Assembly: GCF_036321535.1 (NCBI RefSeq)
Contig: NC_087436.1
Span: 72,356,001 to 72,420,000, forward strand
Direction: 5' to 3'
Length of the DNA stretch: 64,000 bases
From: Camelus dromedarius
Lineage: Eukaryota
Both the position numbers and the translations under genes were made by a program. Shown one piece after another: positions 39,851-52,000 of the stretch. Positions within the stretch are counted from its first letter, which is position 1, and each line of letters opens with the position of its first letter. The notes under the pieces were generated by a model that was given only the letters and a program-made list of their open reading frames with translations, had not been told where the DNA came from and searched no databases.

Positions 39851-40946
39851 CTGGTAGGGGAGGTTAACACTGATGCTCAACTGAGTGCCCTTAGACAGAG
39901 GGGTGGGAGATCTTGGGATCTAGCGACATGTTCAGTCATCTTTATTTTCTCCCTTCAGTGTTAGAACCGTCAGACAACAAACTACAGCTGTTAGGAAGTG
40001 GGAGGGACGGCAGTGGCAATTATGTCAGCAAAGCTCCTAAAGCAAGTCCGGATAAAGCAGAGTCACACCCTCATTCTTGTTGGCCAAGTCGCAAGATCTG
40101 TGCTCTGCTCAGAACAGCGACCCTAGATTTTGCAAGCATATTACACTGTATTAGTCAAATATGAAGGATGAAATTAAAAAATTACAAGGAAGATGGAATT
40201 TAGTAAACTAAGCTTCTACTTAGATAACATCATTCGGCTAGTGATCACATTGGTTTACAGCTTGTGCATATAAAAGCGGTGTTCAGGACATGTTAAAACA
40301 AAAAGCAATTTGCTTATCATAAAGGACTTTGTAACACTGGTGTTCTTAAAATTTTCTGAAACTTAGTTTAGGGCTGTCATGAATTAAATAATGGAAAGTG
40401 GTATATTATAAAAGAAAAAAAAAACCCACCTTTCTACTTCCTTCCTGAAAGCAAATGATTTTAATTTAACAAGTTCTAGGAGTCAAGTTATAGATAATTC
40501 TGCAGATAATGAGTTGATTCTTGATGTATCTCATCTTTTTGGCTGCTACTGTAAATAAGCTGAAATTCTACTCTTCCTGAGTGTTTACTCAAGTCAGTAT
40601 TTTGGGTTGGGTCTGGGAATCATCACAGCTAATATTTTTTATTGTTTGGGTAGCTAGCTGTTAATGCCCAAGGCAGAGAGAGAGTCTTTTTTCAAATATT
40701 TTCCCACAAATGCATTGGGGAGCATTTTACTCATTCCTATTTTATATGGGAATTGATAGAAAGTGAAATTTCAAACAACAGATTTGAAAAATCTATTCCA
40801 GGATTCTCAAAGAATACAGACGCATCTTCCTTTCAAAATTTCTAACGCTGAAAATTTTTAAAGATAAATTGAGATGTTTCTTTAAAAAATATACATTTTT
40901 CCTATTTACATAAGGGTTTAATGTAGATTGTTGCTGTTTATGTAAG

Positions 40947-41311
40947 TATCATAATCAATTCAGGCTGCTATAACAAAATACAATACACTGTGTGACTTAA
41001 ACGACAAACATTTATATCCTCCAGTTGTGGAGGCTGGGAAGCAAGATCAGAGTGTCTACAGATTCAGCATTCAGTGAGAATTCTCTTCCTGGTTGGCAGA
41101 TAGTCACCCTGATGCTGTATCCTCACACTGCAGAGACAGGGAGAGAATAAGTTCTCAGAGTGCTTTTTCTTATAAAGGCACTAATCCCATCATGAGGACC
41201 CCACCCTGATGACCTCCTATAAACCTAATTACCCCCAAAAGGTCCCACCTCATTATATCACCACAATGGGATACAGGGCTTCAACATATGAATTTTGGGG
41301 AGTCCATAACA
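40947..41311 (-). mobile_element. MaLR LTR (MLT1A/B-like)
   Basis: caggctgctataacaaaataca...cttcaacatatgaattttgggg...ccataaca, with perfect TSD gtaag. Confidence 0.85.
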
Positions 41312-42489
41312 GTAAGGCTGTAAAATACTTCTATTTTGTTTATTTAACAGATATTTATATAGCACTTAGTATGTTCTACAAGTGTTAACACATTTAATGT
41401 TCATAACCACCCTGTGAGGCAGGCACTATTATTAGCTCTCTTTTACCGAGGAAAAGCAAAAGCAGAGAGAGATTAAATAAATTGCCCTTGGCCCCAAGGT
41501 CATGTGGCAAGGCAGTGTGCAGCTGAGATTTCAGCTCTGACAGCCTGACAAGCTCTCTCTGTTCCTAAGGCAGACCCACTCCCTCAGGTCCCCTTCTCAC
41601 CCCACCCACACAGTATCTCACACATCCCCAGGGGTCCTCATCTATCCTTGAGGATCAGCTTAAAAGATCTACAGTTTAATCCAGAAAGGGTTATTGAAGC
41701 CAATAGTGAAAAGTGAATTATCCAGTGAGAAAGCCTTACCCATAAAGAATTTGAAATGCTTTACTGACATTTTAAATAGCTAAAGCACATTGAGAGTTGA
41801 TTCTCAAGACCGAATCAATCCCAGGAAAGAGGCAAACTTGTAGGACATGGACGAAATATACTAGTAATTTAGGGCATACATATTTCGAAAAATGTATCTG
41901 TTTGCTGCTTATAATAAAATCGGGAATCCCTAGGTACTTTCTGATGTTTATGATCTTCTCTATTCACTGACAGGTCTAGAAAAAGGTGAAGGGATCTCCT
42001 GAGCTCAGCAGGGCTTCTTATAGCCAAAAGTAACTGTCACAAATGAAAACAACCCTATACAACAAAAAGTGGTGCTCCTGGAATTACTAGAATTTAAGTT
42101 CCAGAATTTCAGAGAGGAAAGATAAGAGATTACAACACTGTATCCTAAAATAAACACTGAATTAACCTGTGCAATGGTCTTTCCACACCCTACCCCCAGG
42201 GCCCACGTGGAAAAACAGCAGCACTGAACGTGATTTATTTGAGATCCTAAGGCATTAGGAGTAGTTTGTCCAAACGTTCTTACACATAAACAGATGAATT
42301 TTTAAAGCCTGCGTATATTCCAGTGATAAATAAAATCTGAAAAAAACCAAATTAAAGAGGAAGATAGACAAAACAGGCTGCCATTCCCGCCTAAACTCTT
42401 CCAATCCCCAAAACAGAAGTGTTTTAGGCAAAAGTAACTCTTCCCTCTTAAAGTTGTGGTGCGGTACCTACACTGGTCTAAAAGGCCTG

Positions 42490-43330
42490 ACACTCCCCGC
42501 CCGGAAACCAGGGGTGATCGGGTGCTTACAGGCTCCTCTAAGGCGGTAGCCCCAACTTGGCAGCAACTCACTGCCTGCGTGCGGATTTGGCACAAAGACG
42601 TCACCCCCGGGTCCGCGGATTAGGCGGGAGTGGGGCGGGCGGGCCCGGGCCCCAGCGCTCTCCCCCCGCGACGGGGCGGCGTCTTCCTTCCCGATCCGAG
42701 AACGATCCGTGCGTCCGGGAATTTCCCTGCCCCGGGCTGTCAGCTCCTATCCCACAGGATAAAAGAGGTTCGACCGCCTCGGGGAGTCACAGAATCCGAT
42801 CCGCCAGCTCAACCGCCGCAGACTGAGACCCTCCGAGCTGAGCCCCATGGCCCGCACCGCGACCCCCGCCGCCCCCCGGCTCCTCCGCGCCGCGCTGCTG
42901 CTCCTGCTCCTGGTGGCCGCCGGCCGGCGCGCAGCAGGTGAGACGCGGCGCCCGGCATCGCCGGGGCGGGCGGGCGGGTGGGTGGGTGGCCGCCCATCCC
43001 CGGACGGCCCCCTAACCGAGTCTGCTCTCTCCGCAGGGGCGCCCGTGGTTGCCGAACTGCGCTGCCACTGCTTGCAGACAGTGCAGGGAATTCACTTCAA
43101 GAACATCCAGAGCTTTAATGTGACACCCCCGGGACCCCACTGTGGCCAAACGGAAGTCATGTAAGTGCCGCCGCTGCTGCGGTCCTTGTCACCGCTACCC
43201 TCCCTGTCCCCCCACCCTGACCCCCAGCCCGACCTCCGGCCTCACGTGGATTCTCCCCTCTCTCTGCAGAGCCACTCTCAAGAATGGCCAGGAAGCTTGT
43301 CTCAACCCCGCAGCCCCCATGGTTAAGAAA
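42490..43330. other. CpG island over the GRO gene 1 promoter to exon 3
   Basis: Very high GC and CpG density against an AT-rich background. Confidence 0.85.
42590..42770 (+). promoter_or_regulatory. Proximal promoter of GRO gene 1: CRE-like GACGTCA (42597-42603), GC boxes, NF-kB site GGGAATTTCC (42717-42726), TATA variant GATAAAA (42758-42764)
   Basis: Motifs read directly in a CpG-rich promoter. The kB site plus non-canonical TATA arrangement is typical of GRO promoters. Confidence 0.85.
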
Positions 43331-43952
43331 ATCATCAGTAAGATGCTAAATAAGTAAGTTTTGGTTTTTATTCACAATTGGAGCTAGAACCATTGGTTAC
43401 AAATACAAGTATCTGCCTTCTGAAAAGTATATTAAGGAAACCCACGGTTTAGCTGCAGGACTGAAAATCATTATTATTTCACCATTCAATTCGATCTGCT
43501 GTGGTGTTAGAAGGATATTTCCAGTGCCCTCCATCCTCATCCCCCTCCTCATTCAAATGAGTACGGGTAAATGTATGTTCCTAAATGATTAAATCGATTT
43601 AGCCAGTGATGCTAAAATGCTTTCAACCCATTAAGGAACAAACATTGTCTACCTCAGTCTCCCATGGGCTTCAGATCAGAAAAGTAGAACCCTTAGTTTT
43701 GGACAACACCGGCCTCTAAATCTTAGTGGTAAGAGCAGGGACTGTGCAGTGAAAGCTCCCTGAGTTCAAGGCCAGGACACCTGTGAAATTTTTTGTAATC
43801 CTTTTGATCAGTACATTTTCCAAGTGCAGGGCTGGTCCCGGGTCTACAAGCGGAAGTCTCTCTAGCCTCAGGGGCCAGTGCAAGAGAAGGGCAGTTCTCC
43901 TGAGCACCTGTAACACTAACCCTTTTTGCATCACAGGAGCAGCACCAACTGA
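42847..43952 (+). CDS. CXCL3: GRO-family ELR+ CXC chemokine (CXCL3/GRO-gamma-like). Coding exons 42847-42937, 43037-43160, 43270-43353, 43937-43952. 104 aa: [104 protein letters not shown]
   Basis: Signal peptide, ELR-CHC motif and four Cys. GT-AG introns with coding exons of 91/124/84/16 nt, typical of GRO genes. QEACLNP and the 3' UTR resemble CXCL3 as I recall it. The family is certain; the exact paralog name is less so. Confidence 0.95.
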
Positions 43953-44087
43953 CCCAGAGAGAAGTAAGAAGCTCATTGGCGGCAGGTGCTGAAAAGGCTC
44001 TCTCCTCTTACAGGAACTGAAGATGTAGAAGAGAACATCTGGCTTCTAGAAAGGACTAGACATGCTGGGCTATTTTTTATGTATTCT

Positions 44088-44110
44088 ATTTATTTATACA
44101 TTTATTTATT
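44088..44110 (+). promoter_or_regulatory. AU-rich element cluster in the gene 1 3' UTR
   Basis: Four ATTTA pentamers, including TTATTTATT. Confidence 0.8.
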
Positions 44111-44569
44111 TTTCAAAGCTCTTATTTTAATATTTTACATGTTAATATTTAAAGATGTGAAGGTGTTTAATGAAACATAATTCAGTCCTGATTGTTATTT
44201 AATATGAAGATCATTGGTTTTAAATGTCTCAAACTTGTATTTATTGGGAGACCATAAAGTGCCAAGCACTGTCATAGAGGTACAGGGGGTGGGTGGGAGA
44301 GGGAGGTCCAAGCAATTGGACAGTGAGATCACTATTAGAATCAAGGAAAGTGTGTGCACATCTATTTTTGTACTTGTTTAAAAGAATGTCGGTTGTTATA
44401 CTGAAGTTATTTCATATTATGTCAACATTTTTATGTTGAAGTTTCCCTTGGACATTTTATGTCTTGCTTGTAGGGCATAATGCCTTGTTTAATGTTCATT
44501 ACACAATGTTTCTCTTTGTTTTGGAACAGAGAAGTTAAAACTGTTGTTACATTTTTTAAATGACGTGAA

Positions 44570-44575
44570 AATAAA
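44570..44575 (+). terminator. Polyadenylation signal of GRO gene 1
   Basis: AATAAA about 620 nt after the stop, at the end of 3' UTR homology, followed by T/GT-rich sequence. Confidence 0.8.
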
Positions 44576-44999
44576 AGTTTTGCAAAAAAAAAAAAATGAG
44601 TAGATTTTGTTTTATTCTTCTTGATTTTTAGTTCTATTGGGTGCCCAAGGGATTGCACAGTTAGACTCGGTTTGTGCCTAAATTTATGCCTGTTCCTGGC
44701 TGTTACTTTCCTTATTTTTCGCTTAAGAAGTAAGATTTGACACACTATCCTTCCCAACTGCCTTGAGAATTCTAAATTTATATAAAATATTGCTTTTTTC
44801 CCCACACTGACCAACTTCTTATTCAAAATTAATGCTTCATAAACTGTTGAATTTTTATAAATATTTCAACAAGGGCTCCTATTAAATGGTTTGGTAAGTG
44901 GTTTTTCGAACAACTATGCAATTCTTTTCCTTTTAATGAAGCTGGGTGTGAAACATAGATAAGTGGATTCGTCCTAAGAACTCAAACGATCTGTGCTAT

Positions 45000-46800
45000 T
45001 TAAAAAAATTGTAATAATGTACAGTAAAATATGACAAAAAATAACACAAAGGATAGGTAGGGAGATAAACAGACTTGAAAACAATACATTTCTCCAATTG
45101 TAGGAGAAATTATTAAGGAAAATTGTTATGTGGCAAGAACGCAGTAATTTTTAGGGCAGCCACTAAAAAGGAAATGTAAAATTTTGGATTTAAAAAGCTG
45201 AGAAGAAGATAAAATGAATGAAAATACCTGAATTAAGGATTAAGGGAACAACAGGTAGCACAGGGAGAGATGGGATGAATCTTCTTTTCAGAAGAATGCC
45301 TAGTGATATAAGTAGAGTGTCTCTCCTTCTGAAGGTGGGGTTTAATTTCCTTCCCCACATGAGTGTGGGCTGGACTTTGTAACTTACTTCCATAGAATAC
45401 ACAAGGAAAAAGGAAAAATAATAACCTTACAGAGGAGATTCTGGTAGATACCCCCTGAATGAAGTGATCAAGGTTATTATCAGCAGTTACATCATGTGAA
45501 TATCATGGACTCCTCATGTGGTGTGATGAGAAGTGTGCTTCAACTCCAAGATATTCTTACCCCAAACCCATAATCCCAGTGTAATCAAGAGAAAGTGATC
45601 ATAAAATTCCAAACTGAGGAATATTCTACAAAACACCAAAAGAATATCCTTCAAAACTGTTGAAGTGATCAAAAACAAGACAAGGCTGAGAATCTGCTAC
45701 AGGTCAGAGGAGACAGAGGAAGACATGAAGTCTAAATGCATTGTGGTGTCTTGGGTTGGATCCAGCAATAGAAAAAGGACATTCCTGGAAACTGGTGAGA
45801 TCTGAATGAAGGCTGAAATGTAGCTAATAGCAATGTACCAATGTTAATTTCTTAGTTTTGACAAATGTTCCATAATTATGTAAAGTGTCAACATTAGGAG
45901 ATACTGGGCAAAAGATCCACAGGAACTCTTTATACTATCTATGCAAATTTTTTTAAATCTAAAATTATTCTAAATTAAAAGTTTATTTTCAATAAGATAG
46001 GACAAGTAGAGTAATAAGATAGTAGACTTAAACCCAACTATATTAAGAATTACTGTAAATTTAAATGAAATAAACCCTCCAATTAATAGTCAAAGATTAT
46101 CAGACTGTATAATTAAGACCAAAAAAATCTGTGGTGCTTTAAAGGGACACACATTAAAAATTAGGACCCAGATTGCTTGAAATCAAAAGAATTCAAAGTG
46201 TCATATCTTGCAAAAGTCAAAAGAAAGAAACCTGGCATGGATATATTGATATATTAATTATTATTAATAATAATCAATCTATTTTTAATATAAATGATTG
46301 ATGTTTTGGTTAGTGATTGATATACTAATTAAGACCAAATTAATATATTAGGATTTAAGAAAAGAAATAGAGATAAAAAAGGCTGATTTAAAATAAAAGG
46401 GTGGCAATTTTACAAGAAACAAAAATAATTACAAAATGTTATGAGCTTAATAATAAAAAACTTAATAAACTTGTCAAAATATCAAATGCAAAATATAGAG
46501 AAACTAAAAGGAGCAACAGATGAAACCATAGTCATAGTTGAAGATTCTAGTAAACTTTTTTTAATACTTAATAGACAAAGCAGTAAAGAATCAGTAACAG
46601 TATAGAAGAGTTAAGCAACATGACCAACCAGTTTGGCCTGAACAAAATGTACAGGGAAGCTTCACGTAACAGCTGCGTAAATCACATTTGTTTTTCCAAC
46701 ACACAGAGAACATTTTCTGAAAGAGATCATATATGAGCCATAAAGAATGTATCAACAGATTTCAGAATGTTGAATGATTATAGAGGATATGCTCAGATCA
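45000..46800 (+). mobile_element. L1M fragments (ORF2 endonuclease region plus an L1MC-like 3' end at about 45300-45990)
   Basis: aatgtaccaatgttaatttcttagttttgacaaatg; ttactgtaaatttaaatgaaataaaccctccaattaa; atagttgaagattc. Confidence 0.7.
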
Positions 46801-47451
46801 TCAAGATTTTTATGATGACTGTAACTTTCCTAGCTGAAATATGTAACATATCACTGTACATGATATATTTGCTGTGGTTTATAACTCATTTTGCAACTTC
46901 CTAAATTTTGTTTCTATAATACAGGAAGCTTCAGAACAGGGTCATCATGCTGTTTTCATGCCCATCAGAACCAAGTGTGATTAAAAATACTTTCACATAA
47001 ACATTTCCTCATTTTCTGTCTCTATTTCTTGACATATTTTTTGGTAACTTTGGCATTTCTATATTTCTTTGGCTTATATTATATGTAATGCAATTTAATT
47101 ACTTCTGCAAATGTTTAAAAACAATCTTAAGCAAATGGAAATACAAAGTTTATATTGAAATCTATCCTTTTAAAAGCCTTCACATAATGCCCAAATTTAA
47201 TATATTTGATGGTAATCAGAGTTAATTGAAATGAATTTAAATGATTATAGATTTTAACTTCATCAGGATGTCTTTACCACAGGAACAGAAGGAAAGACTA
47301 GCTATGTTGCAGAAGAAAGCATGCACATTAGGCAGTGAAGAAGAACTTCATGGTTCAGCTCTGTTCACTATGTGTCTTTTGCAAAACTGACCACAATCTC
47401 TTGTATATTGTATATGCTTAATAAATGTCTTTTGGTTTAATATTTTTGATC

Positions 47452-47800
47452 TGAAACAAACAGACTACCAGATATTTCTCCAGCAAAGATGGGTTTATTC
47501 CGGATCAGCAGAGAATTGCAGTTTGGGGTCTGCAAACGTGGTGAGCCACGTGCAGGTCCCCACATGGCAAGGGAAGGAGAAAAGTTTTATAGAGGGGAAA
47601 GACAGTTAGGAGAGCTGGAGTAAACAAAGAGCCCATGGCTTTTCATTGCCTGGGTTCTTGCCAGGAAAGGAGACTTTCTTCTTGTTAAGCTCTGATTTTG
47701 TCACAGTGTGTGAGAGCTCCCCCTTCTGGTCTTTCAACTCTATTTAATTCAATTTTCTGTTTATTCTTTGTTTTTGCATTATCTACTACCCCCTCACTTT
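47452..47800 (-). mobile_element. ERV1-class LTR fragment
   Basis: caaagatgggtttattc...gttttatagagggg...ccatggctttcattg: antisense poly(A), TATA-like and CAAT-like signals of an LTR. Confidence 0.5.
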
Positions 47801-48449
47801 CTGCACATACCCTGAATCTTTAGGTTACCCGAGACTTCCCACCCTCCCCATGGCAAGAGGGCTATGGAAACACCTTGACATGCATGTAGAGACTTCCCAG
47901 TGGAGGCAACATCCAAACTGGGTCTTAACGGACAAGCAGGATCCCACGGGCCTCCAGTGTCCAAACCGTGCCACCTTCTCCTGCCACTGTCTCTCCCATC
48001 TCCCTGCTCACAGAGTGAGCTCCAGGTGCAGGAGCTGCTTGCTGTCCGAGTATTTACTTTGCCCTCTCCTAGAATGTTCTCCACCCTTCAGTATTCCCAT
48101 TTAACAGGAAAACTCCTCATCTTTATGATTCACACGAGTGAGCACCTCTTTTAGGAAAACTTCTCTGACATCTCTCATAAACCTACTCTATAAGAGTTGT
48201 ACCAGGACTCGCTCCTAATACACTGGGAATAATTTACCATGATACTTACCAGGCCTTTCTAAACATTTTCTATTTGTATATTCATCTCTCTTACTCCATC
48301 AAGAGTTAGAGGTTAGCAGAGTGTCTTATTCCTCTTTATATCCCTGACACCAAAATTCATTCCCACCTTACAAATTGCAGAAAAAATGATCACTAAAAAT
48401 GCTGAAACAAACAGAGAAAGAAAAGAATTAAATCTGAGTCGAAACACCC

Positions 48450-49030
48450 TCTGTTAGTAAGATAAATCTAGCAGTAAGTGGAGTCAGTAACAAAAACCTA
48501 AGTCAAATTGGCTTAAATGAAGAGGGGGGATCATTTGACCTGTGAAACTAAAAGACTGAGATGAGATAAAGCCCAGTGCTTCAGTTTAAAACTTCTCTGC
48601 AGTGACAGTCTCACTCCAGATCAGGCTGTTTTTCCCAGAGCTGGCTTCATTTTAGGCAAGATCTTCTCAAGCATTGGCAAAGTGTCAAGCTTCTGTTCTG
48701 CCAGATACAATGACCCAGAAGGAATCAAGGGCTTGTTTTTCCAACCATATCCTGACAAAAAAGACTCTAGGGATTCTTCTGATTTGGTCAGACTTACGTC
48801 GCTCACCCACTTCTGTACCATAGAGTGACTGAGAGTTGGACCCAGACTGGAAGGACTGACTGACTCTACTTTGGGACATCAGCTCACTCCTGAAAATTTG
48901 GAGCAGGGTCACCCTACCTGAGCTACCTCAATTGGGAGGAAGAAAAGATGGTTCCCACAGGAAAGCCAAGGTTTTATAACCAGAATAAGGAAGAAGGGGC
49001 TCAAGGCAAGCAGAAATGACAAGTGCACTG
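48450..49030 (-). mobile_element. Old MaLR LTR (MLT1J/K-like), paralogous copy 2
   Basis: aacctaagtcaaattggcttaaatg...ttcccacaggaaagccaag. Same position relative to gene 2 as copy 1 to gene 1. Confidence 0.6.
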
Positions 49031-52000
49031 GACCACATGGATGACATTGACACTGGATGAAACACTCTGGACTTCAGAAGTGAAAGGATCCAACGTCTTT
49101 ATTCTTTATTCTTTATTCTTTTCCTCTCTGAGTCAGACATTCTACCCAAAGTAGTAATTGCAACAAAATAGGGCATGGCACTGCTCATTCCTGCAGCTCT
49201 GTCGTCTCAGGATGCAGCAGCAACTCCACATTCTAAAGGCAGATTAAACAGTGTCAATCAAATATGCAAGATGCAGTAAATATGGTAGCTCAAAATGAAA
49301 TTTAGCAAGCAATGCTTTTTATTTTAGGGTTAGTTCTATTCCTTTAAACTTGGGGATTGCATTAGCTGAAAGTTTGGGCATATACATTCGCCATTCACCT
49401 CATAAAATGAGTAATTAGTTACGGAAGATCTTTGTTAAAGCAAAAAAGAATTGGATTATTTTAGTAGGTTTCAGAACATCGCTGCTTTTTAAACTTTCTG
49501 AAAAATAAATAGGGTGCCAACAGGGATTGAAATTTGTGGGTTGATATATTAAAGAAGAAGAAAACCCTTTCCTTTGTACTTAATTTTATAAGCAATTGAT
49601 GTTTATTACATAAGTCTTAGGCACAAAGTTATAGATAATTCTAGAAATACGAGGCTGCTTCTTGAAATGTTTCATCCTTTTTGGCTACCACTGTAAATTT
49701 TTTGACATTCTATTCATTCACCCTGAGTACTGGCTTACGCCAATACTCTGGGTTAGATCTGGAAAGCATTAGAGCAAATATTCTCTGTTTTCTTAAGTCA
49801 TAAAGAGAGAAAATATCTGAGTAGCCTGAATGCTAAAGGCAAAATATTTCAGATATTAAAATATGACCCAAACTGGGTCAGAAGAAAACTATGATTCTTA
49901 TTTCAGTAAATAAGAGCTGATTAATATGCTCAGTGCCCCTTCTGGCAAGCTCTAAGGGTAGAATCTTCATTCCCACTGACCCGATTCTGAAGGTGAAGTC
50001 CATTGATTTGGAAAATCAAATAGACGAATAGACATGGATTTTAAAATTAAGTTGATAATATTCATGCCACAAAATAAGATTCTCACTATTAGTAAAATAA
50101 AACACTGGAGACTTTTGAACAGTTTGTTATTTTAAGCTTTGGAAAGGTGGAGTTGAACTATTCAACCAATGAGGATAATGAACATATTTAAACAAAACAA
50201 AACTGCTCTTCTGAAGTTATCTCTCATTTGTATCCAGAAAAAAAAAATTTTTTTTTTTATTGTGGAGTGGCTAATGCTACACTGCCTGCAGCGCAAATTT
50301 GAAATTATATTAACTGTGAAACCTTGGCAACTTGCTTAGTTTCCTTGTGGAGAAAAACTGGAGAAAAAAAGACCAGTAACTACTTCACGGGGCAGCTGAG
50401 AAAATGAAGTGGGTTTTATACATATGTAAGAGATTTAGAATATTGTCTGTTACATGAAAATGATATTTATGACAGCACTTCATGGTTACTCAGCATCTTG
50501 TAAGCATATAAAATATGTCAGTTACTAGGGACGCTGAAAAAATGATTCGATTAATGCATTGATAATGAAGAAGGAAACGGGCTGTTTTATGGTACCCTAG
50601 TATTATTGATACGATTGCTTCAAGGTAGCCTAGCCTGTGCACTAATAAATGAATCGCTATAAAAATTTTACACCTGTAGTACTACAGTCAAATTCATAAC
50701 ATAGGAGTGGAAACATTTTTTCAAAAATTTACCTGTGATGACAGGCTGATGATACACAGTTTCTCCAACAAAAAGAGAAAGGCATGCTGTAGGGTAATGA
50801 AATTCTTTGAAAGCAAAGTTATAAAACAGTAAGAAAATTAACACATTAATTTTATATTAAATATTACTCACCTTATGCCTATATAAGAATAGACTAGTAT
50901 GTACATGTATTCTACACATTCATGACATATAAAACTTTTTCTTAATTTTTTCGATATTTCTGGGTGACATGTTTAGACTTTGAGTTTTTTTCAAATTGCC
51001 ACAAATCTCCAAAATATTTTCCAGTATATTTATTGAAAACAATTCACATATATATGGATCTGTGCAGTTCACACCCACGTTGTTCAAGATTCAATTGTAT
51101 TTCCAAAAGAATCCCCCCAAAATAAGAATACCAATAGGATCTAAACAAATTCTCAATTATTTCTGAGATAACTCATGTTTTAGAAGCTTTAGGTCATCCT
51201 GCATTTCCTACTCCTTTTTAAAAAATAAATAAATAGTCTGTTCTTTTTCTCAGGACTTGTACAGATGATTACTGACAAATAAAATGTAAAGACAAATCTT
51301 TATTCATAATCTAGTCATTCACAATCTCTAATAATCAAGATAGGACATCTTTAACTTTATTCACATTCTGTAGTTGAAATGACTAAAACTAGAATTATAG
51401 AATTACCCAACAATTAAACTAGACAACAAAACATTCTAAGTTTTCTCTTAAGAAAAAAAAAATAAATATTTTATGCTGTAGGATTTTGTGGGGTTTTGTT
51501 GTTTGTTTTGTTTTGTTTGCAATAATTCTGTTCTCTTTGTATGAAGATCTTATCCCCAGGTTAGTTTCAGTTTAGTAATATGGAAAAGCAACTTCTATTT
51601 AATTAATTAATTTATTTATTATTTATAGCTTTTAATATGTACTGGTATTTTCAAATGTTTACACATTTATTCATCATAACAACCTGTTGAAGTGGAAAGT
51701 ACCTTTAATTTCCATTTTACAGATAAACTAAGGCACAGACAGGTTAAATGTCATGTCAGTTATCGGGAGCACTGTAATTCCTATCCTGGCATATGGGGCA
51801 GAGTCCTTCTCTGTGCCTTCACCCACCTCTCCAGCATCCTTTCCCTGCTCATGCTTCCCACCTGGTGGGTATCCCCACCCCTCTCACAGATCTGCATCCA
51901 GAATCACTCCTAAACCATCTGAAACCTATCTGAGTATAATCCAAGAAAGGACATTAAAACTAAGAATGAAAAATAACTACGCAATGACAAAGGCTCCAGT

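Noticed and set aside
42302..43357. Several overlapping and antisense ORFs around gene 1 (and 52793-53532 around gene 2)
   Set aside because: By-products of the stop-poor CpG island overlapping the real spliced genes.
46257..46274. Perfect 18-bp palindrome attattattaataataat
   Set aside because: Low-complexity (ATT)n/(AAT)n junction inside an L1 remnant, expected by slippage.
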